Assembly (NCBI GenBank): GCA_965222035.1
Contig: OZ244940.1
Coordinates: forward strand, 1,287,134-1,351,133
DNA from: Candidatus Amphirhobacter sp.
GTDB lineage: Bacteria; Pseudomonadota; Gammaproteobacteria; Tethybacterales; Tethybacteraceae
DNA: 64,000 nucleotides
Direction of reading: 5' to 3'
In this document: positions 41,323-51,500 of the stretch, in pieces
Layout of the letters: each line of letters begins with the position of its first letter
Position numbering within the stretch: the stretch's first letter is position 1
Made by a program: the position numbers and the translations under genes
Notes under the pieces: generated by a model
The model's input: the letters and a program-made list of their open reading frames with translations, nothing else
What the model was told of the DNA's origin: nothing
The model's database searches: none

Positions 41323-44300
41323 ATGGAAGGGCGTTTGATTCGCCATGAAAGGGGGGGGGGTAGCGCCCTTCTAAGCGGCCTGGCGGTTGCGGCCGCCTTG
41401 TTGCTGACGGGCGTGATGATGGCGCCGCAGGCGCATGCTCAGGTGCAGGTTGTCCTAGGAAACCTCCACAAGACAACGGCCGACAAGGTTCTCACTTATC
41501 CCTATGAGGCTGGCCTGACCGGCATCGCTTTCCATGTGACTACATGCGGCGCTCCATCCAACATTGTTCTGCAAACCCGCACCGACGATTTTGACCTGGT
41601 AAGTTATTTCGTCGTACAAGGCCAAATCGGCGTTCGAGAAGGCCGCGGCGACAGCCGAAATGCCGTCGGCCGCGTCCACTACCTGGAGCTAGTTGACGGC
41701 CGGGACAGCCTGCCGGACGGTCCTCTGACCGTTACGGTCAAAGTTTGCAACCAGGCGCCATCGGCCTACACCGTCACGGTGGCGACGTGGTACGACCAGG
41801 GCATGCACAGCGACCGGCCCGCCAGCCGCCACGTCCGAGACATTGCGCCTGGCCAAGACACCGGCATCGCCATTCATCGCAGCGCCAACACGTGTCGCTT
41901 CACCGACGTGCGGCTGGCGGCCGGCGCGCCGGCTTGGCTGGAGCTGCGCCGGCATCGCGCCGACGGCACCGCCGACGGCGACGCCGGGCAGCGTTTGACG
42001 GCGCGGATGGAGAAGGACCATGCCGACGACCGGCATGTGCGCGTGCGCTTCAAGGACGACGCCAGCATGGAGCCGGGCAGCTATGTGTTCTCGATCGTGA
42101 TGGCGCGCACGGCGACCAGCGGCGCGGGATGCACCGCCGCGAGCGCGGCGGCGTACACGCTAGGCTACACCCTCAACATCAGTTTGGGAGCCAGCTGGGA
42201 ACGTCAGGAATCCCTGAACAGCGACAGCGTCACAAGCCACAGTGCGGATGCTTTGGGCGGGCCGTTCGCATTGGCGATGGGCCCGCGCATCCACCGCAGC
42301 TCCTCTTCATGCCGGTGGACGGACGCGAGCCTGGTGGCCGGCGGCTCGTTCTTGGCTATGCAGCGCTACGCCACAACGGGCAACGAAGCGGTTGGCGCGC
42401 CGGCGACCAGCGTGACCGACGTGCGCATGCAGCGCGGCTCTCCGGGCGATCGATATCTCGGCTTGATCTATCGCCGGAATACGCCAGTGCCAGCGGGGAC
42501 GGTGACCGCGGCGGTGGAACTCAAGCCGGCCGCGCGCTGCGCGAATTACGTCGGCATCCCCGGGCCGCTGACGCTGAGCTTCACCGCCACGATCGGCGCG
42601 GCAGCTGCCAACACGGAGCCCTGGATCATCAAGACCGGCTTCGCGAGCTCGGCGCCGACCATCTCGGTCTTCAGCCCGGCCAGCATCCACACGTCCCGCA
42701 CATATAGGGAAATACATACCGGCATCTTCATCGGCCGGCGCACGGCGACTTGCAACGATTATTCCTACAACCTGCTCAATCACCGCGATCTGTTCGAAGT
42801 CGGATACTATCCACTTCACACAGGCTACCAAGACAATATTCAACCCGACGATTCGTTTAGCCGGAATCGCTCCTTCAATTTCGGTGACAACGATGGAGGC
42901 TTCGGCCTGCAGTTCGAGGCCGGCGCGCAGCCGGAGCCGAACACCACCATCACCCTGCATGTGGCGCTGGGCAGGTTTAGATGCGGCAGCCCCGCGCTGA
43001 CCACGCTGTCGTACACCATGACCATTGGCCCGGCGGCGCCCTGGGGAACCTTGGCGAACAATGTCGCGACGGTGACCACGCTGTTCAGGCCCACGCAGCT
43101 GGCGGCCGCCGCGTCGGCGACCGACACCGGCATCCGCTTCAACCGCGGCGTGGCGACGAGCATCTGCACGAACGTGGACGTGGAGCTGGCGAGCGGCAGC
43201 CGCACCCATGTGGAACTGCAGAAGTACAACGGGACGGCGGCCGACGGCGCGGCGGCGGTTTCGTTCGGGGGCCTGACCATGCATGCGGGCGCGACGGGCA
43301 ATCCGGTGGGCCTGCAGTTCAAGGCGGGCGCGTCGGTGCCGGCCGGCGTCCTGACGGTGGCGGTGATCGCCAAGCCCGCCGGCAGCTGCGATCATGCGGA
43401 AGAGCCAATCCCGCTGACGGTGAATTATGAGCTGGTGGTGGGCGAGCGGCAGCCGTGGCAGGTGCACGATCTCGACAGCATGGGACGGGTGGTACTGCTC
43501 GACGGCTTTGCGGCGCAAAGGAGCGCGGCCGACTCCGGCCTGCGGGTGCACCGCAAGCTGAGCGGCTGCAGCTCCATGGATGTGTCGCTGCCAGACGACG
43601 CGCCTGATTGGGCGATGCTGCAGCAGCATGGCCCGAGCGGCCCGGTCGGCGCGCGCGCGCGGACCCAGGCGGCGGTGCCGATGGCGGGCTCGGGCGCGGC
43701 CGGCGACCGGCATGTGCGGCTGATGATCGTGCCGTCGGGGACGCCCCTGCCGGATGCGCGGCTGACGATGGGCGTCGCGGTGGCGGCCAACGCATCATGC
43801 GGGGCCGGCAGCGACATTCCGGCGCCGCAGATGCTGTCGGGCGTGGTGGTGTTTGACACCCAAGGCGTGGGCACGGAGCAGGCGATCCAGGCGGGCGCTT
43901 CGGCGGCGGTACGGGCAATCGGCTTGGAAACCCTGGACGCGGTCATGGCGCGGCCGGACGCCGTGGCCGGATCATGGTCCAGCGAGCTGCTCGGCTTGAT
44001 GCACGCGCACGAGGCCGAGCTCGAGCGCGGCGAGTTCGAGCTGCGGGACCTGGCGGGCGAGGAGTTCGCGCTGGCTTTGTCGAACAGTCCGACCGGCTTG
44101 CCGGCGGGCCTGGCCCTGTGGGGACGTTTCGCTGCCTACGATGTCGGCAATGAGATCGAAGGCGGCGCGCGCTCGGACAATGAATTGTTCAGCGCGAGCT
44201 TCGGCCTCGACTACCGCCTGCGCGCGGGCATGATGCTCGGCCTGGGCTATGGCCACCACGAGATCGACGGCAGCTACGCTGCCAGCTCGGCCAGCGGCAT

Positions 44301-45150
44301 TTACCAGCTGGATCTGGATTTGTACCAGCCGTACGTCGTCGGCTCGATCGGTCCGGGGCTGCTGGCCGCCTTCGCGAGCCAGGGCTCGGGCGACCTGGTG
44401 ATGCACAGCCACGACGGCATCGCGCTGGCGCCGAGCGAGGCCGACTACCAAGGCTGGGGCCTGGGCTGGAGCAGCGCGGTCGAGCGCTGGGACCTGCTGC
44501 TGCGCGCGGGCGCCAGCACGGGCGAGCTCGACGTCGAGGATGAGACTTTGACGCTGGATACCGAAGCGGGCGCGGCGCGCCTGGCGGTGGCCTACGCGCC
44601 GCAGCGGGATTTGATCAACCATCTGCCCTTTCGTGCCGAGCTCGAGGTGGCCTGGGAGGACAACTGGGGCGATGTCGCGACCGACGCGAGCTGGCTGCTG
44701 GGCGCGGCCTTCGAGTACTCCGGCGCCGGGCCCATGCATGCGCGGGCGGCCTACCGCCGGGCGATTGCGGGCGACGGCGACCTGTCCGGCCTGGAGTTCG
44801 ACTTCCAGGTCGATCCGGCCCGCGGCGGCCTGGGTCCGTCCTTCGCCTTGCGCCCGGGCTATGGCTTGGAAACGGGCACTGACTTGTTCGCGCAAGCGGC
44901 GCGGCCGACTTCCTTTACCGCCGGCGCCGACCGCGGCCGGCGCCTGCGCGCCGAGATGGCTTGGGGCCTGCCGGTCAGCGGCGGGGTGCTGACGCCCTAT
45001 GGCGACTGGAGCATGAACGACGCGAGCACGCAGCGCCAACAACTGGGCCTGCGCCTGGGCACCGGCGCCTATGGCGATTGGAACTTGGGCTGGCGCAGCG
45101 CCGACAGCGCCGCTGACGAGCTGCATCTGGAACTGCGCATCGGCGACTAG
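41323..45150 (+). CDS. Paralogous autotransporter-like repeat protein (1275 aa): signal peptide, divergent N-terminal region, ~4 two-cysteine domains and the conserved C-terminal beta-barrel-like domain
   Basis: The start reads M E G R L I R H E R G G G S, a G10 tract, then the signal peptide ALLSGLAVAAALLLTGVMMAPQAHAQ. The C-terminal ~430 aa are homologous to the gene A C-terminus and end ELHLELRIGD. A TAAAAT box lies ~9 nt upstream. Confidence 0.85.
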   Translation: MEGRLIRHERGGGSALLSGLAVAAALLLTGVMMAPQAHAQVQVVLGNLHKTTADKVLTYPYEAGLTGIAFHVTTCGAPSNIVLQTRTDDFDLVSYFVVQGQIGVREGRGDSRNAVGRVHYLELVDGRDSLPDGPLTVTVKVCNQAPSAYTVTVATWYDQGMHSDRPASRHVRDIAPGQDTGIAIHRSANTCRFTDVRLAAGAPAWLELRRHRADGTADGDAGQRLTARMEKDHADDRHVRVRFKDDASMEPGSYVFSIVMARTATSGAGCTAASAAAYTLGYTLNISLGASWERQESLNSDSVTSHSADALGGPFALAMGPRIHRSSSSCRWTDASLVAGGSFLAMQRYATTGNEAVGAPATSVTDVRMQRGSPGDRYLGLIYRRNTPVPAGTVTAAVELKPAARCANYVGIPGPLTLSFTATIGAAAANTEPWIIKTGFASSAPTISVFSPASIHTSRTYREIHTGIFIGRRTATCNDYSYNLLNHRDLFEVGYYPLHTGYQDNIQPDDSFSRNRSFNFGDNDGGFGLQFEAGAQPEPNTTITLHVALGRFRCGSPALTTLSYTMTIGPAAPWGTLANNVATVTTLFRPTQLAAAASATDTGIRFNRGVATSICTNVDVELASGSRTHVELQKYNGTAADGAAAVSFGGLTMHAGATGNPVGLQFKAGASVPAGVLTVAVIAKPAGSCDHAEEPIPLTVNYELVVGERQPWQVHDLDSMGRVVLLDGFAAQRSAADSGLRVHRKLSGCSSMDVSLPDDAPDWAMLQQHGPSGPVGARARTQAAVPMAGSGAAGDRHVRLMIVPSGTPLPDARLTMGVAVAANASCGAGSDIPAPQMLSGVVVFDTQGVGTEQAIQAGASAAVRAIGLETLDAVMARPDAVAGSWSSELLGLMHAHEAELERGEFELRDLAGEEFALALSNSPTGLPAGLALWGRFAAYDVGNEIEGGARSDNELFSASFGLDYRLRAGMMLGLGYGHHEIDGSYAASSASGIYQLDLDLYQPYVVGSIGPGLLAAFASQGSGDLVMHSHDGIALAPSEADYQGWGLGWSSAVERWDLLLRAGASTGELDVEDETLTLDTEAGAARLAVAYAPQRDLINHLPFRAELEVAWEDNWGDVATDASWLLGAAFEYSGAGPMHARAAYRRAIAGDGDLSGLEFDFQVDPARGGLGPSFALRPGYGLETGTDLFAQAARPTSFTAGADRGRRLRAEMAWGLPVSGGVLTPYGDWSMNDASTQRQQLGLRLGTGAYGDWNLGWRSADSAADELHLELRIGD
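41351..41360 (+). repeat. Poly-G (G10) tract in the 5' coding region of paralog B, currently in frame
   Basis: The context gaaaGGGGGGGGGGtagcg matches the motif in the other paralogs. Confidence 0.7.
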
Positions 45151-45205
45151 CAAGCGGCAGCGAGCGGGTTGCCTGCGTCGTTCTCAAGAGGTTAAGTAGT
45201 ATTTA

Positions 45206-45243
45206 GTGGCAGACAATCTGCCGCTGCAAGATAGCGGTTTGAG
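45206..45243. terminator. Conserved hairpin (ggcaga-caa-tctgcc) plus second small hairpin and T-run between the convergent paralog B and AAA ATPase genes; a candidate bidirectional terminator
   Basis: A 6-bp stem with a 3-nt loop is followed by gcggtttg. The same element recurs at 56159-56195 in the second module. Confidence 0.4.
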
Positions 45244-45305
45244 CTAAACAGGCTTACGATGACTTGGCCGAGCTTCTCGGCCTGCGCAACATCGATTCTG
45301 CTCCT

Positions 45306-46463
45306 TCAATTTTTCTTGCGCTTGCGCCGGGCTTTGAAGTATTGGAAGAAGGAGGGGATGGCAGCCCGTACCTTAGCGTCGTTCGTAAACCATACCAAGC
45401 TGTTGTCTAGCAGCAGATTGAAAATCTTGCGCGCCTCTTCGGAACTCATGCCATCATTGGTGGCCGCCAGCTCCGCGGCAACCTCTTCGGGCGGCAATGG
45501 CGGATCCTCATCTTCCACGATAGCCACTACCTGGCTGGCGTAGTCCAATGCGTCTGCGTCTGCGATCTTCTCGTAAACGCTGTGATAGTAAATTTGGCGC
45601 TCCTTCTGCATGGCGGCCTCGGCGCCCTGCGCCAGGGCCAGGTCGACTTCATTGCGCTTGGCTTTCCGCATGGCCTTCCACACTTCCCTGCCCGCCAGCT
45701 GGATGAAGTAAGGATAGTTGTCAGTCCAGCCCGCCATCAAATCAAGCGCCTCGTCCGCCACCTTCACGCCATTGTCCAGCAGCGGCTTGCTCAGTGCTTC
45801 GCGCACCGCCTCGTCGCTGAGCTGATGGATGTATATCGATTGGCAGCGATTGATGAAGGAGGCGTCGGCCTGGTGCAATCTCCCGTCGAGCGCTGGAGTA
45901 CCGGCTATCATCACCGCCAAAGGCCGCTTTAGCATGAGCATCTGCTGGCACGCCTGCAGCAAGTCCCCGAGGGACGTAACATCGTAGTGCATCGCCTCGT
46001 CCAGCAGCAGCAGCACGGGTTTCCTGCGCAGCAGCTGCTGCAACACTCGCGCAATCGTCCGCTTCTCGTAATGCTTCCGCCGCGCGGTAAAGATGGACAG
46101 GCTAAACTGGTAGAAAGCGTTCAGCCACAGCAATGCGTGCTCGCGGATGTCCATGCCATCAAGCAAGCCGTTGATGATGTCGCTGTCCGGGTTCAAGTTG
46201 CGCAGCCTGGCGATGTTAACCACGTGGATGCCTTGTTGCCGCGCTTCGACGCCAGCCACACCTAGCAGCGTCGTTTTGCCCGCCCCGCGCGGGCCGACAA
46301 TCTTGATGGGCGTGAGCGGAGAACGCTCCAGGCCGCCGCCGACCAGAGGCTTGGCGATCAAACGCAGGGTCTCGCTGATTATGTCCCGCTGCTCTTCCCG
46401 TCCCGCCAAATGCGGGGGTTCGAGCGCTGTGCCCGGAACAAACGGGTTTTCGACAGACCCCAT
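45306..46463 (-). CDS. AAA+ ATPase (ATPase_2/AAA_16-like; Walker A GPRGAGKT, Walker B LLLLDEAMHY), paralog 1
   Basis: 385 aa. The N-terminus reads ...NPFVPGTALEPPHLAGREEQ...IKIVGPRGAGKTTLL. It is about 85% identical to the ORF at 56256..57416. A TAAAAT box lies 7 nt upstream of the ATG on the minus strand. Confidence 0.8.
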   Translation of the reverse strand: MGSVENPFVPGTALEPPHLAGREEQRDIISETLRLIAKPLVGGGLERSPLTPIKIVGPRGAGKTTLLGVAGVEARQQGIHVVNIARLRNLNPDSDIINGLLDGMDIREHALLWLNAFYQFSLSIFTARRKHYEKRTIARVLQQLLRRKPVLLLLDEAMHYDVTSLGDLLQACQQMLMLKRPLAVMIAGTPALDGRLHQADASFINRCQSIYIHQLSDEAVREALSKPLLDNGVKVADEALDLMAGWTDNYPYFIQLAGREVWKAMRKAKRNEVDLALAQGAEAAMQKERQIYYHSVYEKIADADALDYASQVVAIVEDEDPPLPPEEVAAELAATNDGMSSEEARKIFNLLLDNSLVWFTNDAKVRAAIPSFFQYFKARRKRKKN

Positions 46464-46644
46464 GATTTGTATTTTACCCTTGCAAGAGGCGGAAAAAGCA
46501 AAAACAGGGGCTCCATGCTTGGCTTGGAGCGCTGCCAGCCCATCTTGGCCTGGTCCTCAATCAACGTTGCGCTCAGGCAACAACAATGCCGAGCATGCCC
46601 GCCTGCGGACAGGCTCCCTGCCAGGCATGCTTTAAAATCTCCGC

Positions 46645-48432
46645 ATGGCCGGCCTGCGTGCGTCCTTGTCCAAGTTGGTCCGCGCCGCCCTGGCGCTGGC
46701 CGTTGGCGCTATTGCCGCCGGTGCCCATGCGCAGTGGCAGACGCTGACCCAGGACAACATGAACACGGCGTCCTCGCTGGATCTGCTGGCGCTGCAGGCG
46801 GCGGGACCTGCGCCGACGGGCCTGATCGTACACCGCAAGACCAACAGCTGTACGAGCATTGACGTGGAGCTGGCGGCTAACGCGCCGGCGATGTTGCGGC
46901 TGCGGCAGTACCGCGGCGACCAACCCGAGGGCAGTGCGGAGCGCTCGCTGCAGGGCGTGTCGATGACCGGCGTGGAAGCGACGGACCGCCATGTGCGGGT
47001 GATGATCGCCAGCGGCGCTTCCCTGACGGTGGGCGCGACGGTGTTCGCGACCCTGACGGTGAAGGCGAACTCGACCTGCACTGGCTCGCAGCCGGCGGAG
47101 CAGCAGGTGACGGGCCGGGTGGTCGTGACCGGCACCGGCCTGGCGACCCAAGAGGCGGCCCAGGCGAGCAACGCCACCGCGCTGCGGCGCATCGGCACCG
47201 AGACGCTGGATGCCATCATGCTGCGCATGGACGCGGTGGCCGATGCTTCCGCCGCCACTGACCTGCGCGGCTTGGCCGCCATCCAGGCGCGGGATTCGCA
47301 GGAAGGCTTCGACCTGCGCGACCTGGCCGGCCAGGACTTCGTGCTGGGTCTGAACCAGCGCGCCAGCGACGGGCCCTTGAAGGCGGGCAACCTGGCGTTG
47401 TGGGGACGTTTCGGCCTCTATGCCCTGGATGCGGTCACTGACGGCGGCGTCAAGCATGACAGCGACCAGCTCAGCGCGAGCTTCGGCCTCGATTACCGCT
47501 TTCGCGACGACATGCTGCTGGGCTTTGGCTACGGCCACCACGGTTTCGAAGGCGGCTACGCCGGCCATCGCGAGGTCGCGGGCGACTACGTCTTGGATGT
47601 CAACGTGCTGCAGCCGTATGTGGTCGGGCGCTTCGGACCGCCGGGCTGGCTGGCGGCGTACGCCAGCATGGGCAAGGGCGAGATGCGGGTGAGCAACGGC
47701 GACGGCCTGCCGGCTGGCGAGTACGAGGTCGATTACAGCGGCTGGGGCTTCGGCTGGCGGCATGAGCTGCGGCAGGGCCTGCGCCTGCGCGCCGGCGCGA
47801 GCGGCGGCGAGCTGGACGCGGAGGATGGCGAGTTGTACCTGGATGTGGCGGCTGGCGCCGCGCAGCTGGCGGTCGGCTATGCGGTTAGGGCCGAGCTGAT
47901 CAAAGGCGCTGAGCTGCATCCGGTGATTGAGGTCGCCTGGGTGGATAAGTGGGGCGACGCGGCCACCGAGGCCACCTGGCTGTTCGCGGCCGCATTCGAG
48001 TATGCTGGCGAGGGTCCGATGCATATCCGGGCGGGCTATCGCCGGGCGATGGCCGGCGATGCCCTGTCCGGCGCTGAGATCGACGCGCGGATCGCGCCCG
48101 CTCGCGGCGGCCTGGGTCCGTCCCTGGCGCTGCGGCCCAGCTACGGCCTGCCGCGGGGGGATGAGTTGCTGCCTGATGCATCCGTCCTGTCCTTGCCGTC
48201 AGCTGCCGGGTACCGCGGCGTACGTCTGGACGCTGAGTTCGTCTGGGGCCTGCCAGTCAACGGCGGGGTCGCCACGCCGTACAGCGAATGGAGCTTGGAT
48301 GCGGATCAGGGCCATGCGGGTGGCCTGGGCTTGCGCTTGGGTACCGGCGCGTATGGCGATTGGGATTTGGGCTGGCGCCGCACAGTTAGCGCCACCGACG
48401 AGCTGCATCTGGAATTGCGCATCGGCGACTAG
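46645..48432 (+). CDS. Minimal family member (595 aa): canonical signal peptide, one two-cysteine domain and the C-terminal beta-barrel-like domain
   Basis: It starts MAGLRASLSKLVRAALALAVGAIAAGAHAQ with no homopolymer tract, followed by TGLIVHRKTNSCTSIDVELAANAPAMLRLRQY...DRHVRVMIASG...NSTC. The C-terminus is homologous to the other paralogs (...LWGRFGLY...LSASFGLDYRFRDDMLLGFGYG...ELHLELRIGD). A TAAAAT box lies 9 nt upstream. Confidence 0.85.
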   Translation: MAGLRASLSKLVRAALALAVGAIAAGAHAQWQTLTQDNMNTASSLDLLALQAAGPAPTGLIVHRKTNSCTSIDVELAANAPAMLRLRQYRGDQPEGSAERSLQGVSMTGVEATDRHVRVMIASGASLTVGATVFATLTVKANSTCTGSQPAEQQVTGRVVVTGTGLATQEAAQASNATALRRIGTETLDAIMLRMDAVADASAATDLRGLAAIQARDSQEGFDLRDLAGQDFVLGLNQRASDGPLKAGNLALWGRFGLYALDAVTDGGVKHDSDQLSASFGLDYRFRDDMLLGFGYGHHGFEGGYAGHREVAGDYVLDVNVLQPYVVGRFGPPGWLAAYASMGKGEMRVSNGDGLPAGEYEVDYSGWGFGWRHELRQGLRLRAGASGGELDAEDGELYLDVAAGAAQLAVGYAVRAELIKGAELHPVIEVAWVDKWGDAATEATWLFAAAFEYAGEGPMHIRAGYRRAMAGDALSGAEIDARIAPARGGLGPSLALRPSYGLPRGDELLPDASVLSLPSAAGYRGVRLDAEFVWGLPVNGGVATPYSEWSLDADQGHAGGLGLRLGTGAYGDWDLGWRRTVSATDELHLELRIGD

Positions 48433-48512
48433 GATTGGCCGGCGGGCTCCGGCTTCGGCGGTTTCCTGTATTGTAAAATGGCTTGAGATGGCCGCAGGAT
48501 TCTTGGATGAAA

Positions 48513-48521
48513 GGGGGGGGG
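48513..48521 (+). repeat. Poly-G (G9) tract; the length puts the upstream ATG and signal peptide out of frame in paralog D
   Basis: The context gatgaaagGGGGGGGGGtagcggccctctag matches E (G10) but has one G fewer. Confidence 0.8.
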
Positions 48522-48570
48522 TAGCGGCCCTCTAGGGCGTTGGCGCCCAGCCCTGGCGGCGCTGGCTTGC

Positions 48571-51500
48571 ATGCTGGCTTGCGCCTTCGCCGCCGAGGCG
48601 CAGCAACTAGGCAATCAGCACAGCGCGACGGCCGATGGCATCGTCAACCTGCCGTACGACAGCGGCAAGAGCACTGGCATCAGATTTCATGTAACCAGCT
48701 GCACCACTGGTGGTCGTTTTCGAAACGGTCTTTATTTGCGCAACGACGACTTTGTTTATCCTGAATTTATTTTTTACAACACCAACGGCAGTTTTTCCCA
48801 CCGATCAGATGCGATCAGTAACTTATTCTTTGGCCGTATAGCGCATTTTGCTGTCTTAAGCGTTGCCACCACGGAAGGAGTGCGGCGGCCGGAGTTCAAG
48901 ATCTGCAACCATGACCAGCTGGCCTACCCCGTAACGGTGGCAATCTGGGAGGACCAGGGGCAGGATGACGAAACGCCGGCGAGCAGCTACTTTAACGTAC
49001 GGAGCGCGGCGGCCGGCGTCGACACCGACATCGCCTTCCACCGCAGCGGCTCGACCTGCCGCTACAATGACGTTCAATTGGTCAATCCGCCTTCTTGGCT
49101 GGAGCTGCGCAAGTACACGGCCAGCGGGACTCCGGACGGCGCGGCGGGCACGCGCTTCACGGTGCGGATGGAGAAGGATCATGCGGAGGATCGCCAGGTG
49201 CGGCTGCTGTTCAAGGAAGGGGTGACGGTTGCGACGGGCCAGCACGTGGCGACCATGGCGGTGGCGCGGCATCTAGCGTCGGCCGGCTGCAGCGGCGGCC
49301 TGGACACGACGGTGACGCTGACGTACACGCTCAACATCACCGACCAGGCTGAATGGGCAGCGCAAGGCCCGGAAGAGGTTCGCGATGCTCGCGCTTTGCG
49401 CACCGACGCTCTCGGCGCGGCCTTGAACCTGACCATTCACCGCAGCTCGGAGATCTGCCGGTACACGTCGGTGTCGCTGGCGGGCGACGCCGGCTCGTTC
49501 CTGGAGCTGCGCGCCTATGCGACGGCGACGGGCCGCCAGGCGGGCGCGGCGGCGGCGAGCCTGCCGGGCGTGTTCATGCAGCGGGGCGCGGCGGGCGATC
49601 TCAACGTACGGGTGTACTCCAAGAGCGGCGCGGCTGCGCCGCAGCCGGGGAGGAAGGATGTGACGATCGTGGTCCAGCCCGGCGCCCGCTGCGGTTTCCA
49701 GCAGGGCTTGCCGGCGGCGCAGAGCATAGCGATTGCGTGGAACGTGCTCGCGCCCTACGGCTCGCCCGAGCCCTGGCAAGCAGGCAGCATCGATGATGCG
49801 ACGTCGGACGGACCGTTCAGCCCGCGGGCGGTGTCGGAAGCAACCGATCCAGTACCCGTCGGGATTTACCTGCAGCGCAACTCAGCCTCGTGCGTCAATA
49901 TGTACTATGAGCTGCTCAGCGGCCAGGAAGCGCTTGATTTCCATTTTGTAGCCCAAAACAGCCGCATCCGGCAAGAAGGTGACGTGATAGGTTTGAAGGC
50001 CAGCGGCAATCGCTCGGCTGGCCTGTATTTCGAGCCGGGCACGCAGCTGGAGTCCGGCGCCAAGCTGCCGGTGTCGATCCAGCTCCGGGCCTATCCGACC
50101 TGCAGCCAAGGCCCGGCGACCCAGACCATTGCGTTCACGTTGACGATGGGCGCGGCGGAGGCGTGGCGCGTCCTGGCAGGCGAGGTCGCGGCGGCGACGG
50201 CGCTGTTCCAGCCGGCGAGTTTGCGCGCGTCGACCTCGCCGACGGACACCGGTGTGCGCTTCCATCGCGGCACCTCGGCCTGTCCGCAGGTGGATGTGGC
50301 GGTGCGGCCGACGGCGTTCGTGGAGGTCCGCAAGTACAACGGCAGCGCGGCGGACGGCGCGGCGGCGCCTTCCCTGGCCAACGTGCGCATGCAGGCTGGC
50401 CATGCGGACGACCGGCTGGTGGGTCTGCAGTTCAAGGCGGGCGTTACGTTGCCGCCCGGTTTGTTGACCGCGACCTTGGTGGCCAAGGCGGCTTCGGACT
50501 GCACGCATGCCAATGCGCCGCAGCCGCTGACCTTGGCCTATGAATTGGCGGTGCAGGACGCCTGGCCATGGCGCGCGGCTGCGCAGGACAATTTCGGCGC
50601 GCCGGCGCTGATTGACACGCTGGAGCTCCAGAGATCCGGAGCGCGATCGACGGGGCTGCGTTTGCAGCGCAATTCCCGCGCCTGCGCGAGCACCGACGTG
50701 GCGCTGGCATCCGACGCGCCGGCGTATCTGTCGCTGCGGCGCTACAGCGCCACCGGCCCCGAGGGCGCTGCGGCGCGGTCGCTGAGCGGGGTGAACATGT
50801 CCGGCTCCGGAACGAATGACCGTCACGTGCGGATAGCGATCGCGGGCGGGACGTCGCTCACGATCGGCGCCGCCGTCGCGGTATCGCTGACGATCTCCGC
50901 CAACTCATCCTGCTCCGGCGCGGTGGGGGTACCGGCTGCGCAGGAGCTGGTGGGCTACGTGCTCGTCAGCGGCGGCGGCCTCGACACGGAGGCAGCCATG
51001 CAGGCGGGCACGGCCCTGGCGGTGCGGGCGCTGGGCATCGAGACATTGGGCGCGGTCATGGCGCGGCCGGGCGCGGCGTCGGACACATCCACGTCAGCGC
51101 AGCTGCTCGGCATGCTGGCGGCGAAGGAGAAAGAGCTCGAGAGCGGCGAGATCGACTTGCGGACGTTCCTCGCCGGCCAGCGGTTCTCCCTGCCGCTGTC
51201 GTCATCGGCCAGCGGCCTGCCGTCGGGCCTGATGCTGTGGGGCCGGGCGGCGGCGTATGAAGTGGGCTCGGAGAGCGAGAACGGCGCGCAGGTGGAAAGC
51301 GATTTGTTCAGCGGCAGCTTCGGCGTCGACTATCGCTTCACCGAGGGCATGCTGCTGGGTCTGGGCTACGGCCGCCACGGGCAAAAGGGCCAGTACCGCA
51401 ACGGCGGCGCAGCCGGCAGCTACCAGCTGGATTTGAATTTGTACCAGCCCTACGCCGCGGCGCGGATCGGCCCGGGCTGGCTGGTGGCTTACGGCAGCCA

